Positions 1 to 7,501 of a stretch of DNA of 17,514 nt are shown in pieces. Positions within the stretch are counted from its first letter, which is position 1. Each line of letters begins with the position of its first letter. The notes under the pieces are model-generated. The model worked only from the letters and a program-made list of their open reading frames with translations, did not search any database and was not told where the DNA came from. The position numbers and the translations under genes are program-made. Origin of the DNA: Candidatus Firestoneibacteriota bacterium (lineage in GTDB: Bacteria; Oederibacteriota; D2-FULL-39-29; JBDRBU01); assembly GCA_043822305.1 (NCBI GenBank), contig JBDRBU010000096.1:1-17514 (forward strand). The letters are read 5' to 3'.

Positions 1-744
1 TTTTCCATTATTGTCGTAATTTCTAAAATTGACAATTTTTTCTTTTTGTTCATCGGAGAGCAAGTCGGAGCGATAATAGAATACCATGATTTCATTTTTT
101 GCGAACGGCAAAGCATTTTCTCGTTTTACATTTTCATACTCCCTTAAACTCTTGAGGTTTATTTTTGTATCAAAATTAAAACTATTAAATTCTTCTACAT
201 GATTTTTGAATTGTTCCAGTAAATCGTCCCTGTGTGCCAGAAAAAGAATATCGTTTTTTGGTATTTCTTTTTCGTTTATGAGCTGTCCCAAGAGTTCAAT
301 CAGTTTAACAATAATCAATGTCTTTCCCGAACCAGTAGCCATCCAAAAACTCATCCGATTGATAAAATGCTCAAAAGAAATTTTGCTGTTTAAAACCGGA
401 TAATCTTTGTCATATTCCAAAAGAAATTTTGCTGTCTTACCATCCTGCTTTTTTTTTAGGTCATAATTAAAATTCTCTTCAAACCCATTTTGCTGATATA
501 ACCTAAAAAATGCTTTTTTACTGATTTTGTTTTCATCTTTTAAATAAGTAAAAGGCAATCTTGTTTCTTCATCTTTGTAGTAACGATAAAGCACTTTGAT
601 AACATTTTGTAAACCTCGTTTTTGAAAATCAAAAAGTTTTTTATCGTGAGAAAAATTCACATAATCAAAACCTTGCCACTTCGCCGGCAAGTTATCAAAA
701 GGAAAATCATCTACGATACTTTGCAAATATAATTTTATAATCAT
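1..744 (-). CDS. res: Type III restriction endonuclease Res subunit (SF2 helicase/ATPase), N-terminal part; runs off the left edge of the window
   Basis: Not in the ORF track; translated by hand from the ATG at 744: MIIKLYLQSIVDDFPFDNLPAKWQGFDY...LFDFQKRGLQN...INRMSFWMATGSGKTLIIVKLI...ILFLAHRDDLLEQF. Contains the Walker A motif MATGSGKT, is open to base 1, overlaps the upstream stop (ATGA) and lies downstream of mod. Confidence 0.88.
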   Translation of the reverse strand, partial: MIIKLYLQSIVDDFPFDNLPAKWQGFDYVNFSHDKKLFDFQKRGLQNVIKVLYRYYKDEETRLPFTYLKDENKISKKAFFRLYQQNGFEENFNYDLKKKQDGKTAKFLLEYDKDYPVLNSKISFEHFINRMSFWMATGSGKTLIIVKLIELLGQLINEKEIPKNDILFLAHRDDLLEQFKNHVEEFNSFNFDTKINLKSLREYENVKRENALPFAKNEIMVFYYRSDLLSDEQKEKIVNFRNYDNNGK

Positions 745-1562
745 TTTTTTAATAAGTTATTAGTTTGTGATTTCAAATAGTTCTCTTTGGAAACAATAGT
801 TCTTTTTAATCTTTTTTCTAATTTTTTTCTTGCTCCGCCAGCGATATCTCCACCAGATTTAGCATCAGATTTTAGTTTTGGTACACCTTGTGAATTCTCT
901 GTGCGATGGATCTCTGTAGTTGCTCTTTCTCCTAACATTGTAAAAATTAATTCAAAATCATCCATATGATCACGGAGATTTTCCCGTTTTAGACCTTTTA
1001 ATTTCTTATATTCGCTCGGTGTTACTCCAAAAGTTGCTTTAGAAATTTCTGCGGTTAAAATTTCATATTCTTTTTGTTCTTTTGCTCCTCGTTTCTGCCA
1101 TTCATCTGTAAGTTCTTCACGAATAGCAATGCCTCGCATTCGTTTCTCAATCCAATCATCTGAATAACCTTTGAGTTTGTAAAGCAATCTGGTTCTTTTA
1201 GTAGCTAATTCCGGATATTCAATTTCCTGCACTCTTTCATATCCCACTTTTGCCAGCCATCTTTTGAATGGCTCGGCTTTTGGGGAAGGAATTGACTGGA
1301 TAATACGAAAAAGACCTTCAGTATTAGCACAGTCTGTCTCATACCTTTTTCCATCTGAAGATTCCAATTTCAGTCCGTGACAAAATGTCACGACCTCACT
1401 TCCTTCTTCCTTCAGTCTTTGTTTCAATTTTCTCCAATATGCTCCAGCATCAGTACTATCAGTAAGAACCTCACATACATCTACAACCGAAAACCACCAT
1501 TCATTGTTATAAATGATTTTTCTGACTTTTTTACCTTTAAATAATGCGATTTTGTTTTCCAT
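741..1562 (-). CDS. Bro-N domain (phage antirepressor-like) DNA-binding protein
   Basis: Motifs WWFSVVDVCEVLT, YWRKLKQRL and TEGLFRIIQSIPSPKAEPFKRWLA are typical of Bro-N proteins. Lies between mod and res. Confidence 0.8.
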   Translation of the reverse strand: MENKIALFKGKKVRKIIYNNEWWFSVVDVCEVLTDSTDAGAYWRKLKQRLKEEGSEVVTFCHGLKLESSDGKRYETDCANTEGLFRIIQSIPSPKAEPFKRWLAKVGYERVQEIEYPELATKRTRLLYKLKGYSDDWIEKRMRGIAIREELTDEWQKRGAKEQKEYEILTAEISKATFGVTPSEYKKLKGLKRENLRDHMDDFELIFTMLGERATTEIHRTENSQGVPKLKSDAKSGGDIAGGARKKLEKRLKRTIVSKENYLKSQTNNLLKK

Positions 1563-1589
1563 AAGTTTTCTTCTTTAAATAATATTCAA

Positions 1590-4109
1590 CTATTCCCACC
1601 AAATCAATGGCTTAATCAGTTTATAATCCAAATCCTTTATATTTATTTTTATTCCATCGGTAAATTCTACTTCGCCATCAGAAACTCTTTTTATCCATTT
1701 TCCAGTAAGATTTGAAAGTGTTTCGGCAATATCTATATCAGGATAAAGTTTTGTTAAATCTACTTTTACTTTGTTGTTTCTATAATCAATCTCCAAAGAT
1801 TTTAGCATTTTTTCGTCTTTCATAAAAACATACTCCTGATATGGAGATTTTGATGGAGATGTTAGAAGATCACTATCTTTATAAGTATCTTTGCAGATAT
1901 TTAACGTTTCCTCATACTGCTCAAGTTCATAGTATTTAAAGAAACCACCGCCTTTGTATTCTTTTACATCTTTTGAAATACCAGATTTATCGTAAAATAA
2001 AACCTTTTTCATTCGCGGTAAAATCACACTGTAAAAATGTTCACCCATTTCCACACCAAGCCATTTTCTGCCAAGTTTATGAGCTACTGCGGTTGTTGTG
2101 CCAGAACCGAGGAAGAAATCAAAAATAATATCTTTTTCATTTGATCCTGTTTTTATTACTCTATCAAGAAGTTTCTCAGCATTTTCAGTTTGAAATCCAG
2201 TAGTTGAAGAATATCCAGAAATATCAGTCCAATTGCTATCAATAGCCATTTCAATATTTTCTAGTTTATAAATCATTCCCCTTTCTAATTTTAAATCTAT
2301 TTTTTCTATTTCATTTTTAGATAATCTCGAAATTAAATTCCCTTTTATATCAACTGCAATTATTTTCTTATCTTCGTATGCTTTATTTATTTTTTCCTGT
2401 TTTTGATTCCAGTGATACCCATTAGGAGAATAAAACTTTACATCGTTTACAAAACACCAATTTTTATTTGCATTATCTTTACTCGATAACATTTTTATCC
2501 ATTTCAACTCCCTATTTTTTACTTTTGTTAAAGGATTAAAAGTTTGATAATTTTTGTTTTTACAATATAAAAATAGACTTTCTGTGGCTGGATTAAACCT
2601 ATTTGGTAAAATGCCTTGGGTATTACCTTTTCTAATAGATATTTCGTTTCTTAAATTATCTTTCTCAAACACATCATCCATTAAACACCTAACAATCCAA
2701 TTCCCGTTGTAATCACACCTTACAAAAATGCTTCCTTTTTTATCTAAAACATCTTTTGCAAGTTTTAATCTGTTTTCCAAAAGTGTTGACCAATTTGCAT
2801 CTTTATAATTTGTACGATATAAAAACTGGTCAGAAGAATCTAAATTAAACGGCGGGTCAATATAAATCGCCTGCACTTTTTCTTTAAATTTTGGCAAAAT
2901 CGTGTTTAATGCCTGATAATTCTCACTTTTTATCAACCAACCGTCTAGTTGATTGTCTAAATCATCAAACAAAGATAAAATTTCAAGTTCCAGCTCTTTA
3001 AAATATTTTGTATCAATTGGTAAATGTTCGTATTCTTTTTTTAGATTTTGAGATTGCTTCACTTCGTTCGCAATGACAGAGGGAGAGAAATTTTTATCTA
3101 CAATCCCCAGTTCTTGCCATTCTTTGATTTGATCTTTTATTCCCTCGGCTTTTAGGATTTTTTTAATCAATGAGATTGCTTCATCGCTTCGCTCCTCGCA
3201 ATGACAGGCGGAGAGAATCCTGTCCAGTGTAATTACATAATTACTGTTTCTCACAAACTTCGGTTTGTTCCAAATTTTCACCAATTCATCTTCAAATTGA
3301 CTGATAAAATCAATAATTTTAAAAGCAATGCTTTTTAAAATTTGTAATTCATTTACTCTATTCGCACTCCATTCTTTAGAACCATCCCAGAAATATTGAT
3401 AACTCCACAGTTTAAACTGTTCCTGCAAGAATGCTTTAGCATTTTTATTGATAAAGAAATCAACTTCACTTTGCTTTTCAAAGACCCTAAAAGCCCTTTC
3501 TAATTGTTCTTCAGTAATGGCAACGCTTTTCTTTTTTAGAGATTTTAAGGTTTCATCTTGTTTAGTTTTTGTCCCTCTTTCGGAATAAGCAACTGCAAAA
3601 ACAATTATCTTATCTTCTTGCACTTTTTCTAGTTCAAAAATTAGAGATCGTTTCTCATTGGCTTTTTTGCTTTCTATTTTTAAAGCATCAAAGTAAAATT
3701 TGAATTCGTCAAACTCAACTGGCATACTTTTAAAAATCCTATCTGTCTTAACATAGTAAAGCATCTGCGTTTTCCAAAAGAGCACAACATCTTTTTCATC
3801 GGTATAAACTTTCTCGTAGATATTGTTATGAAATGGAGTAGAGTTAAAATAGATTGAACCACTTTCGGTAAAATAGCGGCTAAAAAAGGAATAAAGTTTA
3901 TCGAAAAGTTCATTCTTAAACTCATCCCTTGTTTTTTGAGAAGGAATTTTTTCTAAGGATTTCTCAATATCTTCTTGCAATTTTTTGTTTATCTTTTCAT
4001 AATAACCAGATTTTATCCTCATCAATTTGATGAAACCACCTTCACCTTCAATCTTGGCTCCGATAAAAACATCTTGCAGTGCTTTGTAAAACTTTTCTTC
4101 TTTAGTCAT
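1590..4109 (-). CDS. mod: Type III R-M site-specific DNA adenine methyltransferase (beta class)
   Basis: Catalytic IYIDPPFN, then a variable target-recognition region, then SAM-binding DFFLGSGTT (beta-class order). Also GRKWLGVEMG and GGGFFKYYEL. GAGG RBS upstream; res follows downstream. Confidence 0.92.
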   Translation of the reverse strand: MTKEEKFYKALQDVFIGAKIEGEGGFIKLMRIKSGYYEKINKKLQEDIEKSLEKIPSQKTRDEFKNELFDKLYSFFSRYFTESGSIYFNSTPFHNNIYEKVYTDEKDVVLFWKTQMLYYVKTDRIFKSMPVEFDEFKFYFDALKIESKKANEKRSLIFELEKVQEDKIIVFAVAYSERGTKTKQDETLKSLKKKSVAITEEQLERAFRVFEKQSEVDFFINKNAKAFLQEQFKLWSYQYFWDGSKEWSANRVNELQILKSIAFKIIDFISQFEDELVKIWNKPKFVRNSNYVITLDRILSACHCEERSDEAISLIKKILKAEGIKDQIKEWQELGIVDKNFSPSVIANEVKQSQNLKKEYEHLPIDTKYFKELELEILSLFDDLDNQLDGWLIKSENYQALNTILPKFKEKVQAIYIDPPFNLDSSDQFLYRTNYKDANWSTLLENRLKLAKDVLDKKGSIFVRCDYNGNWIVRCLMDDVFEKDNLRNEISIRKGNTQGILPNRFNPATESLFLYCKNKNYQTFNPLTKVKNRELKWIKMLSSKDNANKNWCFVNDVKFYSPNGYHWNQKQEKINKAYEDKKIIAVDIKGNLISRLSKNEIEKIDLKLERGMIYKLENIEMAIDSNWTDISGYSSTTGFQTENAEKLLDRVIKTGSNEKDIIFDFFLGSGTTTAVAHKLGRKWLGVEMGEHFYSVILPRMKKVLFYDKSGISKDVKEYKGGGFFKYYELEQYEETLNICKDTYKDSDLLTSPSKSPYQEYVFMKDEKMLKSLEIDYRNNKVKVDLTKLYPDIDIAETLSNLTGKWIKRVSDGEVEFTDGIKINIKDLDYKLIKPLIWWE
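3049..3078 (-). repeat. GTCATTGCGA...GAAGCAATCTC palindromic repeat in frame within mod (encodes VIANEVKQS)
   Basis: Minus strand reads TGTCATTGCGAACGAAGTGAAGCAATCTCA, matching the intergenic copy at 12447-12476 at 29 of 30 positions. Confidence 0.88.
3171..3206 (-). repeat. GTCATTGCGA...GAAGCAATCTC palindromic repeat in frame within mod (encodes CHCEERSDEAIS)
   Basis: Minus strand reads TGTCATTGCGAGGAGCGAAGCGATGAAGCAATCTCA. Same ends as 3049-3078 and 12447-12476; GC-rich within an AT-rich gene. Confidence 0.88.
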
Positions 4110-4132
4110 ATTATAACCTCAATGATCCTAAC

Positions 4133-4156
4133 CGCAGGCTAAAGCCTGCGACTACC
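4133..4156 (-). repeat. GTAG-type REP palindrome
   Basis: Minus strand GGTAGT-CGCAGGCT-TT-AGCCTGCG, an 8-bp stem preceded by GTAG. Matches 16837-16860 at 22 of 24 positions. Confidence 0.8.
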
Positions 4157-4205
4157 AATTAACACCAATTAAAACTGCTATACCTCTATTCCTCCATGCC
4201 TCTAT

Positions 4206-5006
4206 CTAAGTCCCTATCTTCACTGGATCAATAATTCTTTTAAAAGTAGCAACAGCAGAAAGAGCGGCCAGATAACTTGTCTTAGGATTTGTAGGGGCTT
4301 GTACATTTTCGGTTATAGTCGTTATTTTTCCAAAATCTCCAATTATTTCTACTTTATGAACATTTACTTTTAAGGAAGGGTCGGCTACTATCTTAACTTT
4401 TGTTTTTTCTAAACCAATTCCCGCCAGGCTTAAACAAACGGCTACATTAATATTTGCAGGAAATCCCTTTATGGCTTCTATGGCCTTCCCTTCAAATATA
4501 ACTTTCTTTTCTTTAATATCATCTAAATTAATTTTATTATCAATAAGATATGGAGCGCCTTTTAAAGATATTGGTGGCTTTGAAGTAGTTAAACTTACAG
4601 AATAAACTTTACCTGCTGTAGCAGACTTTATACCATCAAGACCAGAAACTGCACCGGATGGAAGATATATACAAACATCTTTCTTTCTGGCTAAATCTAA
4701 TAGTTCAAGATGTTCAACCAACCCACCAGTTGACATAATCATAATATCTTTACCCGACTTAAGAGATTTGGTTGCTATTTCATAAACAACATCTTTAACT
4801 GCACATTCTACAACTAAATCGGCCAAACTTACGGCCTCATCTATGTTCGTAATTTTTGGGTTATCTTTAGATAATTTAACAACCTTTTCTGCTTTTTTTC
4901 TATCCAAATCAACTACGGCAACCAACTCTACATCTTTTATAGAAGATGTTGCCTTAGCAATCTCAGTTCCAATAAATCCACAACCTATTAAACTAATCTT
5001 TAACAT
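4206..5006 (-). CDS. nadX: L-aspartate dehydrogenase (NAD biosynthesis)
   Basis: Rossmann motif IGCGFIG plus DLVVECA, LPSGAVSGLDG, FPANINVA and NPKTSYLAALS. Start placed at ATG 5006 (MLKISLIG) rather than the track start at 5033. Confidence 0.9.
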   Translation of the reverse strand: MLKISLIGCGFIGTEIAKATSSIKDVELVAVVDLDRKKAEKVVKLSKDNPKITNIDEAVSLADLVVECAVKDVVYEIATKSLKSGKDIMIMSTGGLVEHLELLDLARKKDVCIYLPSGAVSGLDGIKSATAGKVYSVSLTTSKPPISLKGAPYLIDNKINLDDIKEKKVIFEGKAIEAIKGFPANINVAVCLSLAGIGLEKTKVKIVADPSLKVNVHKVEIIGDFGKITTITENVQAPTNPKTSYLAALSAVATFKRIIDPVKIGT

Positions 5007-5047
5007 AAGTGTAAGTAGGGTCAAACTTCTCAATCAATGTTTGGTCC

Positions 5048-5395
5048 CTAATTCTCCTTTATACTATTTTTATCGTTAACAAATATTATCTTTGGTTTAA
5101 GTTTTTTAACTTCTTTTTCATTAAACAATCCATATGATATTATTATAACTTTATCTCCAATATTTCCAAATTTTGCTGCTGGACCATTTAAACAAATTTC
5201 TCCTGATTTTCCAGCAATTACATATGTTTCTAATCTTCCTCCTGTATTAACATTCAACACTTGAACTCTCTCAAAAGGTAAAATATCCGCTGATTTTATC
5301 AATTTTTCATCTATGGTTATACTCCCCATGTAATTAATATTCGCATCTGTAACGGTAGCCCTATGAATTTTGGACTTGCACATATATCTAAACAT
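5048..5395 (-). CDS. panD: Aspartate 1-decarboxylase (pyruvoyl enzyme)
   Basis: [23 protein letters not shown] self-cleavage site, RLETYVI and [16 protein letters not shown]. Confidence 0.96.
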   Translation of the reverse strand: MFRYMCKSKIHRATVTDANINYMGSITIDEKLIKSADILPFERVQVLNVNTGGRLETYVIAGKSGEICLNGPAAKFGNIGDKVIIISYGLFNEKEVKKLKPKIIFVNDKNSIKEN

Positions 5396-5432
5396 ATAAT
5401 CTCCTAACCTAAGCGACTTCGTCGCAAATTAA

Positions 5433-5744
5433 TTATAACTCCCATTCTTCACAAAATACCTTTTTGAATTCGCGAGCACCATGGATAACCGCAAGTATTT
5501 CAATATTATCGTCTTTTATAATTCTATAAACAATCCTGTAATTTTGGTAAATAACTTCTCTAAATCCATATGTTTCAAGTTCAGACACAATACGACCACA
5601 TTGTGGCATCATCTCAAGTTTTTCAGTTGCTTTGATAAGAGAGATAATAAAACGAGTCGCATATGTTTCCGAATCTTTAGCAATATATTCATGTATTGTT
5701 TGCAAGTGAGTACTTGCTTTTTCTGTCCACTTTATTTTGCCCAT
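5433..5744 (-). CDS. Type II toxin, RelE/ParE superfamily
   Basis: IKWTEKA...IHEYIAKDS...PQCGRIVSE...FREVIYQNYRIVYRI...ILAVIHGAR; start overlaps the 3' end of the antitoxin gene. Confidence 0.9.
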   Translation of the reverse strand: MGKIKWTEKASTHLQTIHEYIAKDSETYATRFIISLIKATEKLEMMPQCGRIVSELETYGFREVIYQNYRIVYRIIKDDNIEILAVIHGAREFKKVFCEEWEL

Positions 5745-5917
5745 TTTTTAACTCTTTTGAGAATATCCTCCGTAGTCAAGACTCTCCCTTCTTCCGCATC
5801 TTTAAGACCCTCAAGAACCTGAGCTACAAAGTTTATTTCGTACATCATATCCTCAATAGAACATCCATCTGGCAATCGTTTCATAGTTTCAATAACGACT
5901 TCTTTTACTGTATCCAT
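5732..5917 (-). CDS. Putative cognate antitoxin
   Basis: 61-aa protein directly upstream of and overlapping the toxin. LPDGCSIEDMMY...EGLKDAEEGRV is a common RelE/ParE-partner pattern; GGAGG RBS. Confidence 0.8.
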   Translation of the reverse strand: MDTVKEVVIETMKRLPDGCSIEDMMYEINFVAQVLEGLKDAEEGRVLTTEDILKRVKKWAK

Positions 5918-6070
5918 CAGGCACCTCCCCTCAAATCAAGATAATAGGATTAAGCATTATTAAAATTCCTACACCTTAAAAAGATATTCCTAAACTTAGT
6001 GGGTTATATCAACTTTCCCACTTGTAATTATCCATTTCTGAACAGGCTTTACTAAAGCAATACTTTGTTC

Positions 6071-6279
6071 GTAAGTATTCAGTAAAAGCCCTCTATTTTT
6101 TAATTCCCCCTTAATAAAGGGGGTTAGGGGGTTGTTTAATTACAAGTTTTCAGTTTGCTAAATAATATTTTATGGTTAAGTTCTCTTACACGAAATTTCA
6201 ATACAACAACCCCCTTGATCCCCCTTAACAAAGGGGGAATATGGGAATATAATCTTCACGGCTTTCACTGACTATTTAC
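6071..6279. mobile_element. MITE-like non-coding element with GTAA...TTAC imperfect terminal inverted repeats (IS66-like termini)
   Basis: Left end GTAAGTATTCAGTAAAAGCC (6071); right end reads GTAAATAGTCAGTGAAAGCC on the minus strand (ends 6279). Both ends recur, at 16738-16761 and 16664-16684. No target duplication is visible. Confidence 0.7.
6101..6240. repeat. Inverted pair of CCCCCTT-N4-AAGGGGG palindromic repeats
   Basis: 6101-6146 TAATTCCCCCTTAATAAAGGGGGTTAGGGGGTTGT..., with an inverted copy at 6204-6240. Confidence 0.85.
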
Positions 6280-7496
6280 TATTCAAAACCTGACCCCAGT
6301 AACTCTACAATATGTAAAACCTTGATTTTCATTTTAGCACTATTTAGAAGATTTATCAACTGTAATTTACATGCAGGGCAGGAAGTAAGTACTAGATTAG
6401 CACCTGTTTTCTTAATGTTTTCAAGTTTTCTTTCTCCAATCTTTTTTGAAACTTCAGGAAAATAAATATGATAAAATCCTCCTGAGCCACAACACGAACT
6501 TGCATCTCGCATTTCTATATATTTTATACCCGGGATCATGGAAATAATTGCTCTAGGTTCGTTATATATACCTAATGTATTAACCAGATGACATGGATCA
6601 TGGTATGTTACTACTTCTTTACATTCTTTTAATAATTCGGGTAACTCTTTTTTGTTAAATATAAACTTATTTATATCAATTATTTTATCCTTTACACTGT
6701 TTATCTTTTTTAAATATTCTTTATTATGTTCTTGTAAAATTTCCGGATATTTTTCTTTTAAAGCAACCGCACAGGTAGGACAGGTAGTTATTATATAATC
6801 ATAATAAGAATTTGCAAGTAAATCTACATTTTTTTTAATATTAGACAAAACAGACTTAACATCTCCACTGATGATTATTGGCATACCACAGCATCGTTCC
6901 TCATCAGAGACCTCAACAGAATAACCTAATTTATTTAAAATCTTAATAGTGGAAGTAGCCGTATTAGAGAAAAGAAACCTATCCAAACAACCAACATAAT
7001 AAAGTACTTTTTTTACATTTGTACTATCACTTTTAATCCTTTTTAACGCTGGATTTATCTTTGGTAAGTATTTTAGATTTAAAGCACCTATAGAAATGTT
7101 GGCTGGCACATAATTTACAAAATTATTATATACTACGCGTGCCCAGATGGCTGACATAGAACGTAAATTATTATTACTTAATATAAAGTTTAATATTCTT
7201 TTTTTCCAATCTAAACCATATTTTTCTTTAAATCTTTCTCTAAGTTCTAATATAACTTCTGATGTCCGAAGTCCACTTGGGCAATTTTTAAAACATGTCT
7301 CACACATTAAACAATTAGCCGATATCTTTCTTAAATATTTGTCTTTAATGATACTGCCTTCTTTAAAAGCTTTTACTAATCTAAGTTTTGCCCTTGGAGA
7401 AACAATTTCTTCTTTAATCTCTTTATAGACTGGACAAACATTAACACAAAATCCGCATTTTAAGCATCTATTATATATATTTTCTGTGTTTGACAT
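6279..7496 (-). CDS. glcF: Fe-S/CCG-domain oxidoreductase subunit (GlcF-like)
   Basis: Two CxxCxxCxxxCP motifs (CLKCGFCVNVCP, CLMCETCFKNCP) and two CCG domains (YYVGC/CCGMP/TCPTC and YHDPC/CCGSGG/SCPAC). Confidence 0.85.
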   Translation of the reverse strand: MSNTENIYNRCLKCGFCVNVCPVYKEIKEEIVSPRAKLRLVKAFKEGSIIKDKYLRKISANCLMCETCFKNCPSGLRTSEVILELRERFKEKYGLDWKKRILNFILSNNNLRSMSAIWARVVYNNFVNYVPANISIGALNLKYLPKINPALKRIKSDSTNVKKVLYYVGCLDRFLFSNTATSTIKILNKLGYSVEVSDEERCCGMPIIISGDVKSVLSNIKKNVDLLANSYYDYIITTCPTCAVALKEKYPEILQEHNKEYLKKINSVKDKIIDINKFIFNKKELPELLKECKEVVTYHDPCHLVNTLGIYNEPRAIISMIPGIKYIEMRDASSCCGSGGFYHIYFPEVSKKIGERKLENIKKTGANLVLTSCPACKLQLINLLNSAKMKIKVLHIVELLGSGFE

Positions 7497-7501
7497 TTAT
7501 T

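Noticed and set aside
206..403. Plus-strand 65-aa ORF, and the other short track ORFs overlapping long genes (787, 3680, 4843, 5481, 5696, 7147, 7735, 7963, 8296, 9262, 11385, 11812, 12620, 13624, 14305, 15746, 16962)
   Set aside because: They are antisense or alternative-frame shadows of well-supported genes and show no recognisable motifs.
449..457. A9 tract in res as a phase-variation switch
   Set aside because: The frame is intact, poly-A/T runs are common in this AT-rich window, and mod has no simple-sequence repeat tract.
5401..5432. Integron attC site after the TA pair (also 4125-4205)
   Set aside because: GTTAGGA is present, but there is no complementary RYYYAAC box or long attC stem, and no integrase.
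6101..6135. Rho-independent terminator call for the CCCCC/GGGGG hairpins
   Set aside because: They occur as a three-copy repeat family including an inverted pair and lack a clean U-tract directly after the stem; better described as repeats.
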